From Halobellus salinus (lineage in GTDB: Archaea > Halobacteriota > Halobacteria > Halobacteriales > Haloferacaceae), in the NCBI RefSeq assembly GCF_014646875.1, contig NZ_BMOC01000001.1, positions 309,410 through 349,409 on the forward strand: a stretch of 40,000 nt of DNA, written 5' to 3'. This document shows positions 32,445-40,000 of this stretch, piece after piece; the stretch's first letter is position 1, and every line of letters begins with the position of its first letter. The position numbers and the translations under genes are program-made. The notes under the pieces were generated by a model that did no database searches, was not told the origin of the DNA, and saw only the letters and a list, made by a program, of their open reading frames with translations.

Positions 32445-35400
32445 GCGTCGAGAGCGTGTCCGGGAGCGTCGGCGTGTCGGCCTCGTCTTCGGCGTCGACC
32501 CGCCAGCGTTCGGCGTTGTCGGTCCGGTCCCCTGAGACGGTCACCGCCGTCGAGTGAGGGCCGTCGGCGCCGTTGAACGGGGTGACTTCAAGTTCGATCG
32601 GGAGTTCGACGCGGTCGTCGTTGACGGTGCACTCGACCCGGTGGGTCGCGGTCGATCCGGGGTCGAGCGCGTCGATCTCGCCGGGTGCGTAGAGGTACTC
32701 GTCGGGCGCCGTGCCGGTGGCCTCAACGCGGACCGCAACCGGCGCGCCACCCTCGTTTTCCAGCCGAAGCACGACGTTGGTGTCGCGGTCGCCGAGGATG
32801 TCCACCGAGTCGACGGCGACGGAGACGGGCGGGGCGTGTGAGTCGTGGACCGCCGCGAGGGTTTGCAGCGGCCGCTGCCTGTGGTCGATCCGGACGAGCG
32901 TCAGCGCCGGGCGTTCGGTTGGCGCGCCCTGGTAGGTGATCTCCCGGGTTACGTCACCGCCGGGAGCGACGTCGAACCCGTCGAAGCCGACACCTGTGGA
33001 GAACCCCTTCGAGCCGATTTCGAGCACGGAACACGACGTCTCAAGGTTGTTATGAACGTCAAGCCGGACGTCGGTCGTGGTCGACCCCGCCGAGAGCGCG
33101 GGACGAACGACGACCGGTGCGGGTTCGACCGGAACCGACACCCCCGGCACGGTCACCTCGGCGTCGTCCGCGCTGGCGGTGACCGGCGGGACCTCGATCG
33201 AGGAGGTGTCCCACGCGGCGTGATACCGAGTGGCAGTCGCCGTTGTCTCCGGGCTGAGTTCGACCGTGGCTGCGTCACCGTCGGACCGGAGGGTGATCGA
33301 CTTCGGCTCCGGCGAGCGGTTCTCGACCGTGAGCGTCTCTTCGAGGGCGTGACCCTCGTGAGCGGTGTCCGAGTCCAGGCTGCGGTCAAGGCCGAGCGGG
33401 TCGCGGGGTGCCGGGGAGGCGGACTCCTCGGATGCGGCGGAGTCGTCAGGGGCGGCGGGCGAAACGGGCGAGTCGACCGACTCCGGTGACGGTCCGCGCT
33501 CGGGGCCGGGGGTCGCGTCCGGCTGGCCGGCCGACCCGGGGGCCGCCGGTGCGGACGCGTCGCCCGCCTCCGCGGAATCCGGCGGCGTTGTGTCCCGGTC
33601 CGGAGGGGCCGCCGGTGCGGACGCGTCGCCCGGCTCCGCGGAGTCCGGCGGCGTTGTGTCCCGGTCCGGAGGGGTCGCCGGTGCGGATGCGTCGCCCGCC
33701 TCCGCGGAATCCGGCGGCGTTGTGTCCCGGTCCGGAGGGGTCGCCGGTGCGGATGCATCGCCCGCCTCCGCGGAATCCGGCGGCGTTGTGTCCCGGTCCG
33801 GATGGGGGGTCGAGGGCGTGTCGCGGCCGCCGCGTGTCGGCGTGTCCGCGCCCGGGACCCGGTCCTTGCCGTCGTGTGCGTGGTCGTTGCGGCCGTCCTG
33901 TGGGGCGTCCGTCCCGCCGGCCGACGGGAGCGTCGCGCGGTCAAGCGAAACAGCGGCGGTGGCGTCGACCGCCGCGGCGTCGATCCTGACCTCGCCGACA
34001 CCGGCGCGGGCAGACGGAAGCGCAAGTGTGAGTCGACCCCCGGCCGGGAGAGACACCGACCGCTCTACCGGGGTGACCAGCGGGTCGCCGGTCACCCGCA
34101 CGTCGTCGTGGACCGTTATGTCGGTGTCGTTCCGGAGCGTCACGTCGACGAACCCGTCGTCGCGTGCGCTGACGGACGCCGAAAGCGGGGTTGTCGGGGG
34201 TGACACCGCGGCGTCGACCGACTCCCCGTCTCCGGTTGTGGCGGTCACTCGCTCCGTCGTGAGGGGGAGCGAGAGCGTCCGTGACACCGAGGACCGCCCC
34301 GGTTCGGGATCGATGTCGACGCCGCCCGGGGAGAGCGACACCGCCGGGAGATCCGACCCGTCCGGCGTCCGAACGCTCACCTCAACGGTCGCAGTCCCGT
34401 CGTCGACACCGGTGACATCAGCACCGACGACCGGGGTTGGGGTTGCCGGCGGGACCGAAATCGTCGCCCCGACCTCGGTCGGTTCCGAGCCATCGGTGCC
34501 GCCGGGGGTGAACGTCGCACGGGCTGCAAGCCGAGACCCCGCCGCCTCCGCGAGCGTGAACCGCAGTTCGGTGCGTTCGCCGGCGTCAAGCGAGACCCGC
34601 CGGGATTCGGGACGGAACGATCCGTCGTCGGCGGACGCCCGAACCGTCCCGGTGGTCGGCTCACCGATGGTTTCGGCCGTGACAACGAGTTCCGAGCCGA
34701 CCCGGAGCGACGTCGGCGAGAGGTCCAAGTCGACGCCGGAAAGCGACGCCGCAGGCCGAAGCACCCCGGCGGTCCGACCGTCGATCCGGCAGGCCACCTC
34801 CCCGTCGGTTGTGACCGCGACCTGCGTTGCGTCTGGTGTGTCGATCCCGACGTCGGTCACCGCGCCGTCGGCGGAGATCCGGACTACGCCGTGATCGGCG
34901 GCGGCGTAGAGCCCCCCGTCACCCCGCGGTGCGAGCCACTCGACGTCGAGGTGCAGTTCCCACCGGATCGCCCCGTCGTCCGCGTCGACGCCGACGACCC
35001 GATCACCGTGGAGCGACACCACCGCCACGTCTTCGAGCAGTCCGACGCCCGTGATGGTGCCGTCGAGCATCGCCTCTCCCGTCCGATCGCCGTCGGGGCC
35101 GAACCCGGTGAGGTACCACGACTCGCCCGCGAGGAACTCCTCGCCCCGGCCGGCGAGCAGGACGGTCTCGGACACGTCGGCGTGGGTCCGGTCGATCCGT
35201 CCGCGTTCGGTCCCGTCAGCGTCGTCGAGTAGCACGAACTCTCCGGTGTCGGTGGCGGCGACCACCCGCGATTGGTCGGGCACCCAACACAGCGCCGTGG
35301 CGCCGTCAATGGGCGCCTCCCACCGTCGTGCGCCGTCGAACCCGTACCCGAACACGTGGTCGTCGACCGCGACGTACACCAGCGGCCCGACCGCAAGCCC

Positions 35401-35745
35401 GCGCGGCCGTGCTTCGACGCCGAACCGCGCGCCGTCGTCGGACCCGGCCGCGAGCACGGAGACCCCGCCGGAGACCGACGCCAGCGCGATCCGGGAGTCG
35501 CCGGCGGCGATCAGCGCGATCGCCCCGGTGTCGACCGACCTGACCTGCGCGTACTCCCGCGGGAGGTCGCCGCCCGCGACCGCATCGGGCGTGTCATCGG
35601 CGGTGCCCCCCTCCGAGGCACGGCCGGTCACCGGAACTCGCCTCCCGAGTCGCGCGGCGCACACTCCGGTCGTCGTCGGCCGTGTCGCGTGCGTGGCCGA
35701 TCGGATATCATACCCGGACCTGGAATCCGGAGTGACAAAAAACAC
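32419..35745 (-). CDS. Large PQQ-like beta-propeller plus Ig-like repeat protein (about 1108 aa) with internal 22-aa tandem repeats
   Basis: The N-terminal third has repeated 'DG..RWE' blades ('GFDGARRWEAPI', 'DADDGAIRWELHL'). The C-terminal half has CARDB-like strands ('TLTVENRSPEPKSITL', 'VVLRLENEGGAPVAVRVEATG'). The GTG start is uncertain. No obvious signal peptide. Confidence 0.8.
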   Translation of the reverse strand: MFFVTPDSRSGYDIRSATHATRPTTTGVCAARLGRRVPVTGRASEGGTADDTPDAVAGGDLPREYAQVRSVDTGAIALIAAGDSRIALASVSGGVSVLAAGSDDGARFGVEARPRGLAVGPLVYVAVDDHVFGYGFDGARRWEAPIDGATALCWVPDQSRVVAATDTGEFVLLDDADGTERGRIDRTHADVSETVLLAGRGEEFLAGESWYLTGFGPDGDRTGEAMLDGTITGVGLLEDVAVVSLHGDRVVGVDADDGAIRWELHLDVEWLAPRGDGGLYAAADHGVVRISADGAVTDVGIDTPDATQVAVTTDGEVACRIDGRTAGVLRPAASLSGVDLDLSPTSLRVGSELVVTAETIGEPTTGTVRASADDGSFRPESRRVSLDAGERTELRFTLAEAAGSRLAARATFTPGGTDGSEPTEVGATISVPPATPTPVVGADVTGVDDGTATVEVSVRTPDGSDLPAVSLSPGGVDIDPEPGRSSVSRTLSLPLTTERVTATTGDGESVDAAVSPPTTPLSASVSARDDGFVDVTLRNDTDITVHDDVRVTGDPLVTPVERSVSLPAGGRLTLALPSARAGVGEVRIDAAAVDATAAVSLDRATLPSAGGTDAPQDGRNDHAHDGKDRVPGADTPTRGGRDTPSTPHPDRDTTPPDSAEAGDASAPATPPDRDTTPPDSAEAGDASAPATPPDRDTTPPDSAEPGDASAPAAPPDRDTTPPDSAEAGDASAPAAPGSAGQPDATPGPERGPSPESVDSPVSPAAPDDSAASEESASPAPRDPLGLDRSLDSDTAHEGHALEETLTVENRSPEPKSITLRSDGDAATVELSPETTATATRYHAAWDTSSIEVPPVTASADDAEVTVPGVSVPVEPAPVVVRPALSAGSTTTDVRLDVHNNLETSCSVLEIGSKGFSTGVGFDGFDVAPGGDVTREITYQGAPTERPALTLVRIDHRQRPLQTLAAVHDSHAPPVSVAVDSVDILGDRDTNVVLRLENEGGAPVAVRVEATGTAPDEYLYAPGEIDALDPGSTATHRVECTVNDDRVELPIELEVTPFNGADGPHSTAVTVSGDRTDNAERWRVDAEDEADTPTLPDTLSTRLDVRSSE
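33541..33804. repeat. 66-bp tandem repeat x4 inside the 1108-aa gene (encodes PPDRDTTPPDSAEAGDASAPAT x4)
   Basis: Four nearly identical 66-nt units are visible on the plus strand ('ggccgccggtgcggacgcgtcgcccgcctccgcggaatccggcggcgttgtgtcccggtccggagg'), with a few substitutions. Confidence 0.85.
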
Positions 35746-35778
35746 CTGCCCGGAGCGGGATCGCTTGATCGCGGCGGG

Positions 35779-37035
35779 TCACACCAACCCGGACGGGAGG
35801 AGGATCGCAACAACCACGAGCGCGAGCGCACCGGCGCCGGCCGACGCCACGACCCCGGCACCGATCGCCCGCCGGCGCTGCCGGTCCCGGTCACCCGCGG
35901 GTTCGATGGTGACGCCGTACGGCTCCAGTGCGGACGCGAGCGCCTCGCGGGCGGCGTCGGGGCCGATCACAGCCGCGACCCGCGAGACGGCGTCACCGAC
36001 GGCTGCGGGGTCGGCGTCGACCGCCGGCGGGTCCGACGACCGGTCGGGGCCGTCGCCCGCCACGACGGCGAGGAGCGCGCCGGCCCAGACCGCCGCCACC
36101 AGAAGGCTGCCGACAGCGAGAAGCCACCGCGAAACCGATCCGACACCCCCCGACCACGCCACCCCGACAGCAGCCCCGACAGCGACGCCGCTCGGGAGGC
36201 CGTAGGAGAGCGTCCGACGGAGTTCCCGCCGGGTGACCGCGGGCGGCGACGACGGGACCGCGCGGACGCCCAACTCGGCGGTGATATCGGCCCGATCGAC
36301 CGCGGCCGCGACGCCGGTCGCAACGGGGACCGACGCCGATTCGAACCCCGCGGCCGCCGACTCGACGGCATCATCGATGGCAGCGGTCGCGGCCGCCGCT
36401 CGCCGACGGTCGAGCCACGCCGAGAACTCCGGGCCGGGCGTCACGCGGTCGACATTTCCCGTCGGTCGAACGATGACATCGGCGCCCGCGATAGTCTCGA
36501 CAGCCGTCGATTCTGAGACCGCGACGGCGTACCCCTCGAACGTCTCGGTGACGTGTGCAAGCGTCGCCGCGGCGGTGTCGTAGTCGGGGACCGCCAGGTC
36601 CACCGCACCCAGGTCGTCGACCGCGTCCTGGATATCCGCCGGCCCGACCGACTGCTCGGCGAGGCCACGCTCGACCGCCGTGAGCGAGTCCGGGTCGAAC
36701 GCCGACCCGTCGTCGAGGGCGTCGTAAAGCGCCTGTGTCCCGCCGGAGGCGCGCTGGATCGTCCACTCCCGGCGCGCCGAAAGCGCCCGGAGGCGGTCGA
36801 ACAGGGGTGAGAGGAGGGCCTCATCGGTGCCGGACTGGTAGGTCGCCACGAACTGCTCGGGGCTCCGGCGGTGGATGTTGACCTGGATACGGACCAGTCC
36901 CGCGCCCGGGTCGTAGAACGCCGCAACACCCGCGTTAAACTCGCGTTTGATCCGTTCGAGCCGGCGGTCGTCGGCCTCGCCGTCGGAGTCGTAGATCGGG
37001 CGGCCACCGCTGCCGTAGAGGCGGAATCGACTCAT
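35779..37035 (-). CDS. Hypothetical protein: soluble N-terminal domain plus C-terminal TM segments (418 aa)
   Basis: The ATG at 37035 (MSRFRLYGSGGRPIYDSDG...) lies 7 nt downstream of the upstream stop. The 5' extension in track ORF 35779-37290 overlaps the upstream gene and is Arg/Ser/Thr-rich. TM helices are 'GLPSGVAVGAAVGVAW', 'WLLAVGSLLVAAVWAGALLAVVA' and 'AGVVASAGAGALALVVVAILL'. Confidence 0.7.
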   Translation of the reverse strand: MSRFRLYGSGGRPIYDSDGEADDRRLERIKREFNAGVAAFYDPGAGLVRIQVNIHRRSPEQFVATYQSGTDEALLSPLFDRLRALSARREWTIQRASGGTQALYDALDDGSAFDPDSLTAVERGLAEQSVGPADIQDAVDDLGAVDLAVPDYDTAAATLAHVTETFEGYAVAVSESTAVETIAGADVIVRPTGNVDRVTPGPEFSAWLDRRRAAAATAAIDDAVESAAAGFESASVPVATGVAAAVDRADITAELGVRAVPSSPPAVTRRELRRTLSYGLPSGVAVGAAVGVAWSGGVGSVSRWLLAVGSLLVAAVWAGALLAVVAGDGPDRSSDPPAVDADPAAVGDAVSRVAAVIGPDAAREALASALEPYGVTIEPAGDRDRQRRRAIGAGVVASAGAGALALVVVAILLPSGLV

Positions 37036-37042
37036 ACCGTGG

Positions 37043-39133
37043 TCACTGGTTGATCCGCTGCATGAACTGGCGGGCGCCTTTGAGAACCGAAGAGGGGCCG
37101 CGAACGTTGATCCGTAACTCGTCGGTGCCCGCCGGGTCCTCGTTTTTGATGTCGTACCACAACAGGTACAGCGGGTCGGGGTCGGTTGCCCCGCCGAAGA
37201 TCTGGGTGATCTCGGGGTTCTGTTCCCGGACGATCTCGTCGCGGACGTAGTCACAGAACGCCCGGTAGCCGTCTGCCTGGGGAGCCGCACTCGACTCGCG
37301 GTGCGACTTGAAATCGTCGAGCATCCAGTCAGCCATCGTGCCCACGATCACGACTTCCTTCTCGGGGTAGATCGCCTGGATCGCCTCGTACCACCCGAGG
37401 TAGTCGGCGACCGCGTCGCGAGTGGGGCCTTTGACGCCGTAGTTCAGACCGTCGTACTCGATTGTCCGGATGTCGCTCCGGCGGTAGTCGTCGTACTCTT
37501 CGGGGGTGACGACACGGTCCCGGAGGTACGCGGGGACGTTGCCCCGCTCGATCACCGGCGCGACGAAATCGTCGAGCGGGAGCGTCAGCACGATCCGGTC
37601 GGCGTTGTGCACGCACCCCCGAATCCCGGGGATCATGTCCGAGAGGGTCTCGGCCTCCCGGATCGACTGTGTCGCCGCCTCCCACGACGACTTCGGGTCG
37701 ATGTCGGGTCCGTCGTCGGTGACATCCCCGTCGCCGAAGAGGCTCGCCTCGGAGGCGTTCGCGAGTCCGCCGGAGCTGTCTCCGAAGGGGCTGTCCGACC
37801 CGGAGTCGTCGTACGTCGATCCCGCCGCTCCGGCACTGGTCGTGCCCCCGGACGCGCCTCCCGAGTCGGAGCCGGTCTGAGAGCTCACTCCCGACGACGA
37901 ACCGGGACTGCCGTCGCGGCCGTCGCCGTCGTCGCCGTCGTCGGTCGCGCCCCACTGGACCGCCGAGTCGCTGTCGTCGTCGCCGTCGTCGCCTTCCGAA
38001 AAGGGGATGTCGAAGTCCGAGCTCTCGCGTTCGCCCCCGTCAGTGGCGATCTCCGCGTCGCCGCCCTGGGTCTGTTGGGTCGCCTTCTCCATCACCTCCG
38101 CGAGGATGTCCTCTAGGGCCTCGCCGGGGTAGTCGACCACGCTGAACCGGACGCGAGTCGGGACGAACCGCCCCCACGAGTACGGGAGCTCGAGCAGCAT
38201 CGGCTGGCTCTCCCCGGACCCGTCACCCCCCGGCTGGAGGGTCGCAGGTGTCGGGTCGGGAAACTGCGTGCTCTCGATGCTCTGGCGCAGTCTACTGACT
38301 CGGGTGGCCGCCGCGCCGCCCTCATCGACGTTGTCGCGGATGTAGAGGTGGATCCCGCCGAACACCGCGCTCTTGCCGCTCCGCTTCGGGCCGAGCATGA
38401 TGGCGTTCAGCCCCCGCTCGTAGGTCGTGAAGTACCGGAGCGCGGGCAGGAGCACGATCACGCCGACGAGGTGTGCCGCGGCGTCGGTACCCACCACGCC
38501 CTCGAAGGCGAACGTCTGCGTGCCGAACCCGTCGGCGACGGCCACGACCGGGCTCCGGTAGACCACGTGGGCCTCGAAGAGGCCGAAGACCGCGAGAGCG
38601 GCGGTGAGCCAGAAGATGAGCGCCGGGATCCGGGGGAACTCCCGCTGGTCGGCGTCGATGCCGTCGAACGTGACGCCGCCGATCCGGAGGGTCACGACGG
38701 CCGCGAGAAGCGCCGTCAGTACGGTGTTGGGACCGAAACTCGTCGCCAGGGGTTCGACAAAGACGCCCCGCGGGATGAACACCACCGGCACCGCAAGCAG
38801 GGTCGCGACCGTGAGGACCGCTCCTTGGACGTATTTGAACGAGTCGAGCAGAAGCCCCACCACGAGCCCTACAAACACCCCGAGCGGGATGTAGTAGAAA
38901 AACGTCGGCGCGACCCCGGCCGCGTTCATCCCGCCTCTGAGGCCGTGCCTAGCGACGCTCCACGGACGGTGTCCCCACGCGGTCGCGAGGAGTTCGATCA
39001 CGGACACGCTTGCGACGAGCAACAGCCCGATGGAGGCGAGAAACAGGAGCCGCCGCTGTCTCCTGTTCGACGGGGCGAGCGTCGGAAACGACATCATATC
39101 AGTGTTCTCACCCGTGAATGTACTAAAACCCAT
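37043..39133 (-). CDS. Polytopic membrane protein fused to a P-loop GTPase-like NTPase domain (696 aa) with acidic/Gly-Ser low-complexity insert
   Basis: The N-terminal about 235 aa carry about 6 TM helices. Walker A 'MLGPKRSGKS' (aa 246-255, core at nt 38369-38392). 'SVVDYPGE' is DxxG-like. An Asp/Gly/Ser-rich insert spans about aa 355-480. 'VIVGTMADW' may be an [NT]KxD-like element. Confidence 0.8.
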   Translation of the reverse strand: MGFSTFTGENTDMMSFPTLAPSNRRQRRLLFLASIGLLLVASVSVIELLATAWGHRPWSVARHGLRGGMNAAGVAPTFFYYIPLGVFVGLVVGLLLDSFKYVQGAVLTVATLLAVPVVFIPRGVFVEPLATSFGPNTVLTALLAAVVTLRIGGVTFDGIDADQREFPRIPALIFWLTAALAVFGLFEAHVVYRSPVVAVADGFGTQTFAFEGVVGTDAAAHLVGVIVLLPALRYFTTYERGLNAIMLGPKRSGKSAVFGGIHLYIRDNVDEGGAAATRVSRLRQSIESTQFPDPTPATLQPGGDGSGESQPMLLELPYSWGRFVPTRVRFSVVDYPGEALEDILAEVMEKATQQTQGGDAEIATDGGERESSDFDIPFSEGDDGDDDSDSAVQWGATDDGDDGDGRDGSPGSSSGVSSQTGSDSGGASGGTTSAGAAGSTYDDSGSDSPFGDSSGGLANASEASLFGDGDVTDDGPDIDPKSSWEAATQSIREAETLSDMIPGIRGCVHNADRIVLTLPLDDFVAPVIERGNVPAYLRDRVVTPEEYDDYRRSDIRTIEYDGLNYGVKGPTRDAVADYLGWYEAIQAIYPEKEVVIVGTMADWMLDDFKSHRESSAAPQADGYRAFCDYVRDEIVREQNPEITQIFGGATDPDPLYLLWYDIKNEDPAGTDELRINVRGPSSVLKGARQFMQRINQ

Positions 39134-39148
39134 CCCACTACCCGGTGG

Positions 39149-40000
39149 TCACAGTCGACGTAACACGTCGTCGTACCCACGTGACTCGGTCCTGGACACC
39201 GGGAGCACCCTCCCGAGGTAGGCGGTCCCGAGTCGGAGGATGTCGGTCCGGAGGAAGTTGAGGAACTCGTCGTCGTCGAAGTCATCGTCGCCGTGGATGT
39301 CGAGCGCGATGTCGGCGTCGGTCGCGACCACGTAGACATCGGGCATCGAGGCGGCGCCGCAGGCCTCCCCGATCCGGTGGTATCTGCCTGCGTCCCCGAC
39401 TCCGTCTTCGGGTTCCCACAGGTACGCAGGGGTGTTCACCCACGACTCGTCGAACTCGCCGCCCTCCTCCACCAGGTACTGGTCGATGATCTCATCAAGC
39501 GGGGCCAAAAGCAGCATCACGTCCGCGCCCACTAACCGGTCGAGGTGGGCGCCGCCCGAGCGCCGGAGCACCGACCGGACCGACGCCGGGGCCGCGAGCA
39601 GGAGGTGCCGACGGAACCCGTACCACGCGCGTGATCCGAGCGACGACCGCTCCTCGGCGACCGTCTCGATCGCCGCGGCGTCCTCGTCGGTCACCGGACG
39701 GATGTTGTCGTACGCCACCTTCCGCCGGCGGACGAAGACGCCACTGCCCGGCTGGTACTGGAACGCCACCCGGCCGGTGACGGAGGGCTGGGAGTGCTGC
39801 AGGGCCCGCGCGTCGTTCAGCACATCACCGCCCTCAAGCGTGGTCGCGCCGTACCGCCGGTCGGCAGCGTCGTACAACCCGCCGAGAAAGCTCGACACTG
39901 TCCCGTCATCGGGCGAGGAGATGACGACGTCCGTCACGTCGGAATACCTCGTGAAATACCCCATCAGGTAGACGAGCGCCGACACCGCGAGGAGATCCAC
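39149..40000 (-). CDS. Hypothetical protein, 5'-truncated by window edge
   Basis: The ORF is open to the window end. The stop lies 15 nt upstream of the GTPase-like gene start. Composition is acidic ('IHGDDDFDDDEFLNFL'). No family motif recognised. Confidence 0.6.
   Translation of the reverse strand: MDLLAVSALVYLMGYFTRYSDVTDVVISSPDDGTVSSFLGGLYDAADRRYGATTLEGGDVLNDARALQHSQPSVTGRVAFQYQPGSGVFVRRRKVAYDNIRPVTDEDAAAIETVAEERSSLGSRAWYGFRRHLLLAAPASVRSVLRRSGGAHLDRLVGADVMLLLAPLDEIIDQYLVEEGGEFDESWVNTPAYLWEPEDGVGDAGRYHRIGEACGAASMPDVYVVATDADIALDIHGDDDFDDDEFLNFLRTDILRLGTAYLGRVLPVSRTESRGYDDVLRRL

Noticed and set aside
33153-36516. Plus-strand ORFs of 509, 384 and 414 aa and a 290-aa minus-strand alternative frame over the 1108-aa and 418-aa genes
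   Set aside because: They are Ser/Pro/Arg/Thr-rich with no motifs. Their apparent internal repeats simply mirror the 66-bp tandem repeat of the real frame.
37301-39163. Two 271-aa plus-strand ORFs opposite the membrane GTPase-like gene
   Set aside because: These are shadow frames. The minus frame carries TM helices and a Walker A motif.
19702-40000. Mobile genetic island, provirus or defence island interpretation of the second half of the window
   Set aside because: I recognised no integrase, transposase, tRNA target, terminal repeats, capsid or terminase-like genes, or nuclease, helicase or methylase defence hallmarks. GC content looks similar to the flanking housekeeping genes.

Overview
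This is a very GC-rich segment. Its best reading frames encode strongly acidic proteins, Tat/lipobox signals and gene families typical of Halobacteria. The taxon (haloarchaeal chromosome or large replicon) is inferred, not proven. I recognised no rRNA, tRNA, CRISPR array, transposase or integrase. Many long ORFs in the track are Arg/Pro/Gly/Ser-rich shadow frames of the real genes and are rejected below.

Layout:
(1) 1-18.7 kb holds ordinary mixed genes: three universal-stress-protein paralogs, a GNAT, an M20 amidohydrolase, RidA, a DHH phosphoesterase, two small 2Fe-2S ferredoxin-like proteins, a TetR+MATE pair, a SAM methyltransferase, an RdfA-like (rod-determining factor-like) protein, a NitT/TauT-type ABC transporter and a class V aminotransferase. 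Two short ORFs below the track cutoff also look real: a CPxCG zinc-finger protein and a 58-aa membrane protein. Several unusual intergenic tandem repeats and palindromes occur here.
(2) 18.7-19.7 kb is about 1 kb with no convincing intact ORF. It contains a probable decayed YdjM-type hydrolase gene and a less GC-rich, hairpin-rich stretch.
(3) 19.7-32.3 kb is the main candidate system. It is an eight-gene, same-strand, translationally coupled operon. Two divergent CetZ/tubulin-superfamily GTPases are interleaved with six signal-peptide or TM-anchored proteins that I cannot assign to any family.
(4) 32.4-40.0 kb is a convergent four-gene minus-strand operon. It encodes a large beta-propeller/Ig-like repeat protein, a membrane-anchored protein, a polytopic membrane protein fused to a P-loop GTPase-like domain split by an acidic low-complexity insert, and a 5'-truncated hypothetical.

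All family calls rest on motifs read by eye. No searches were run.
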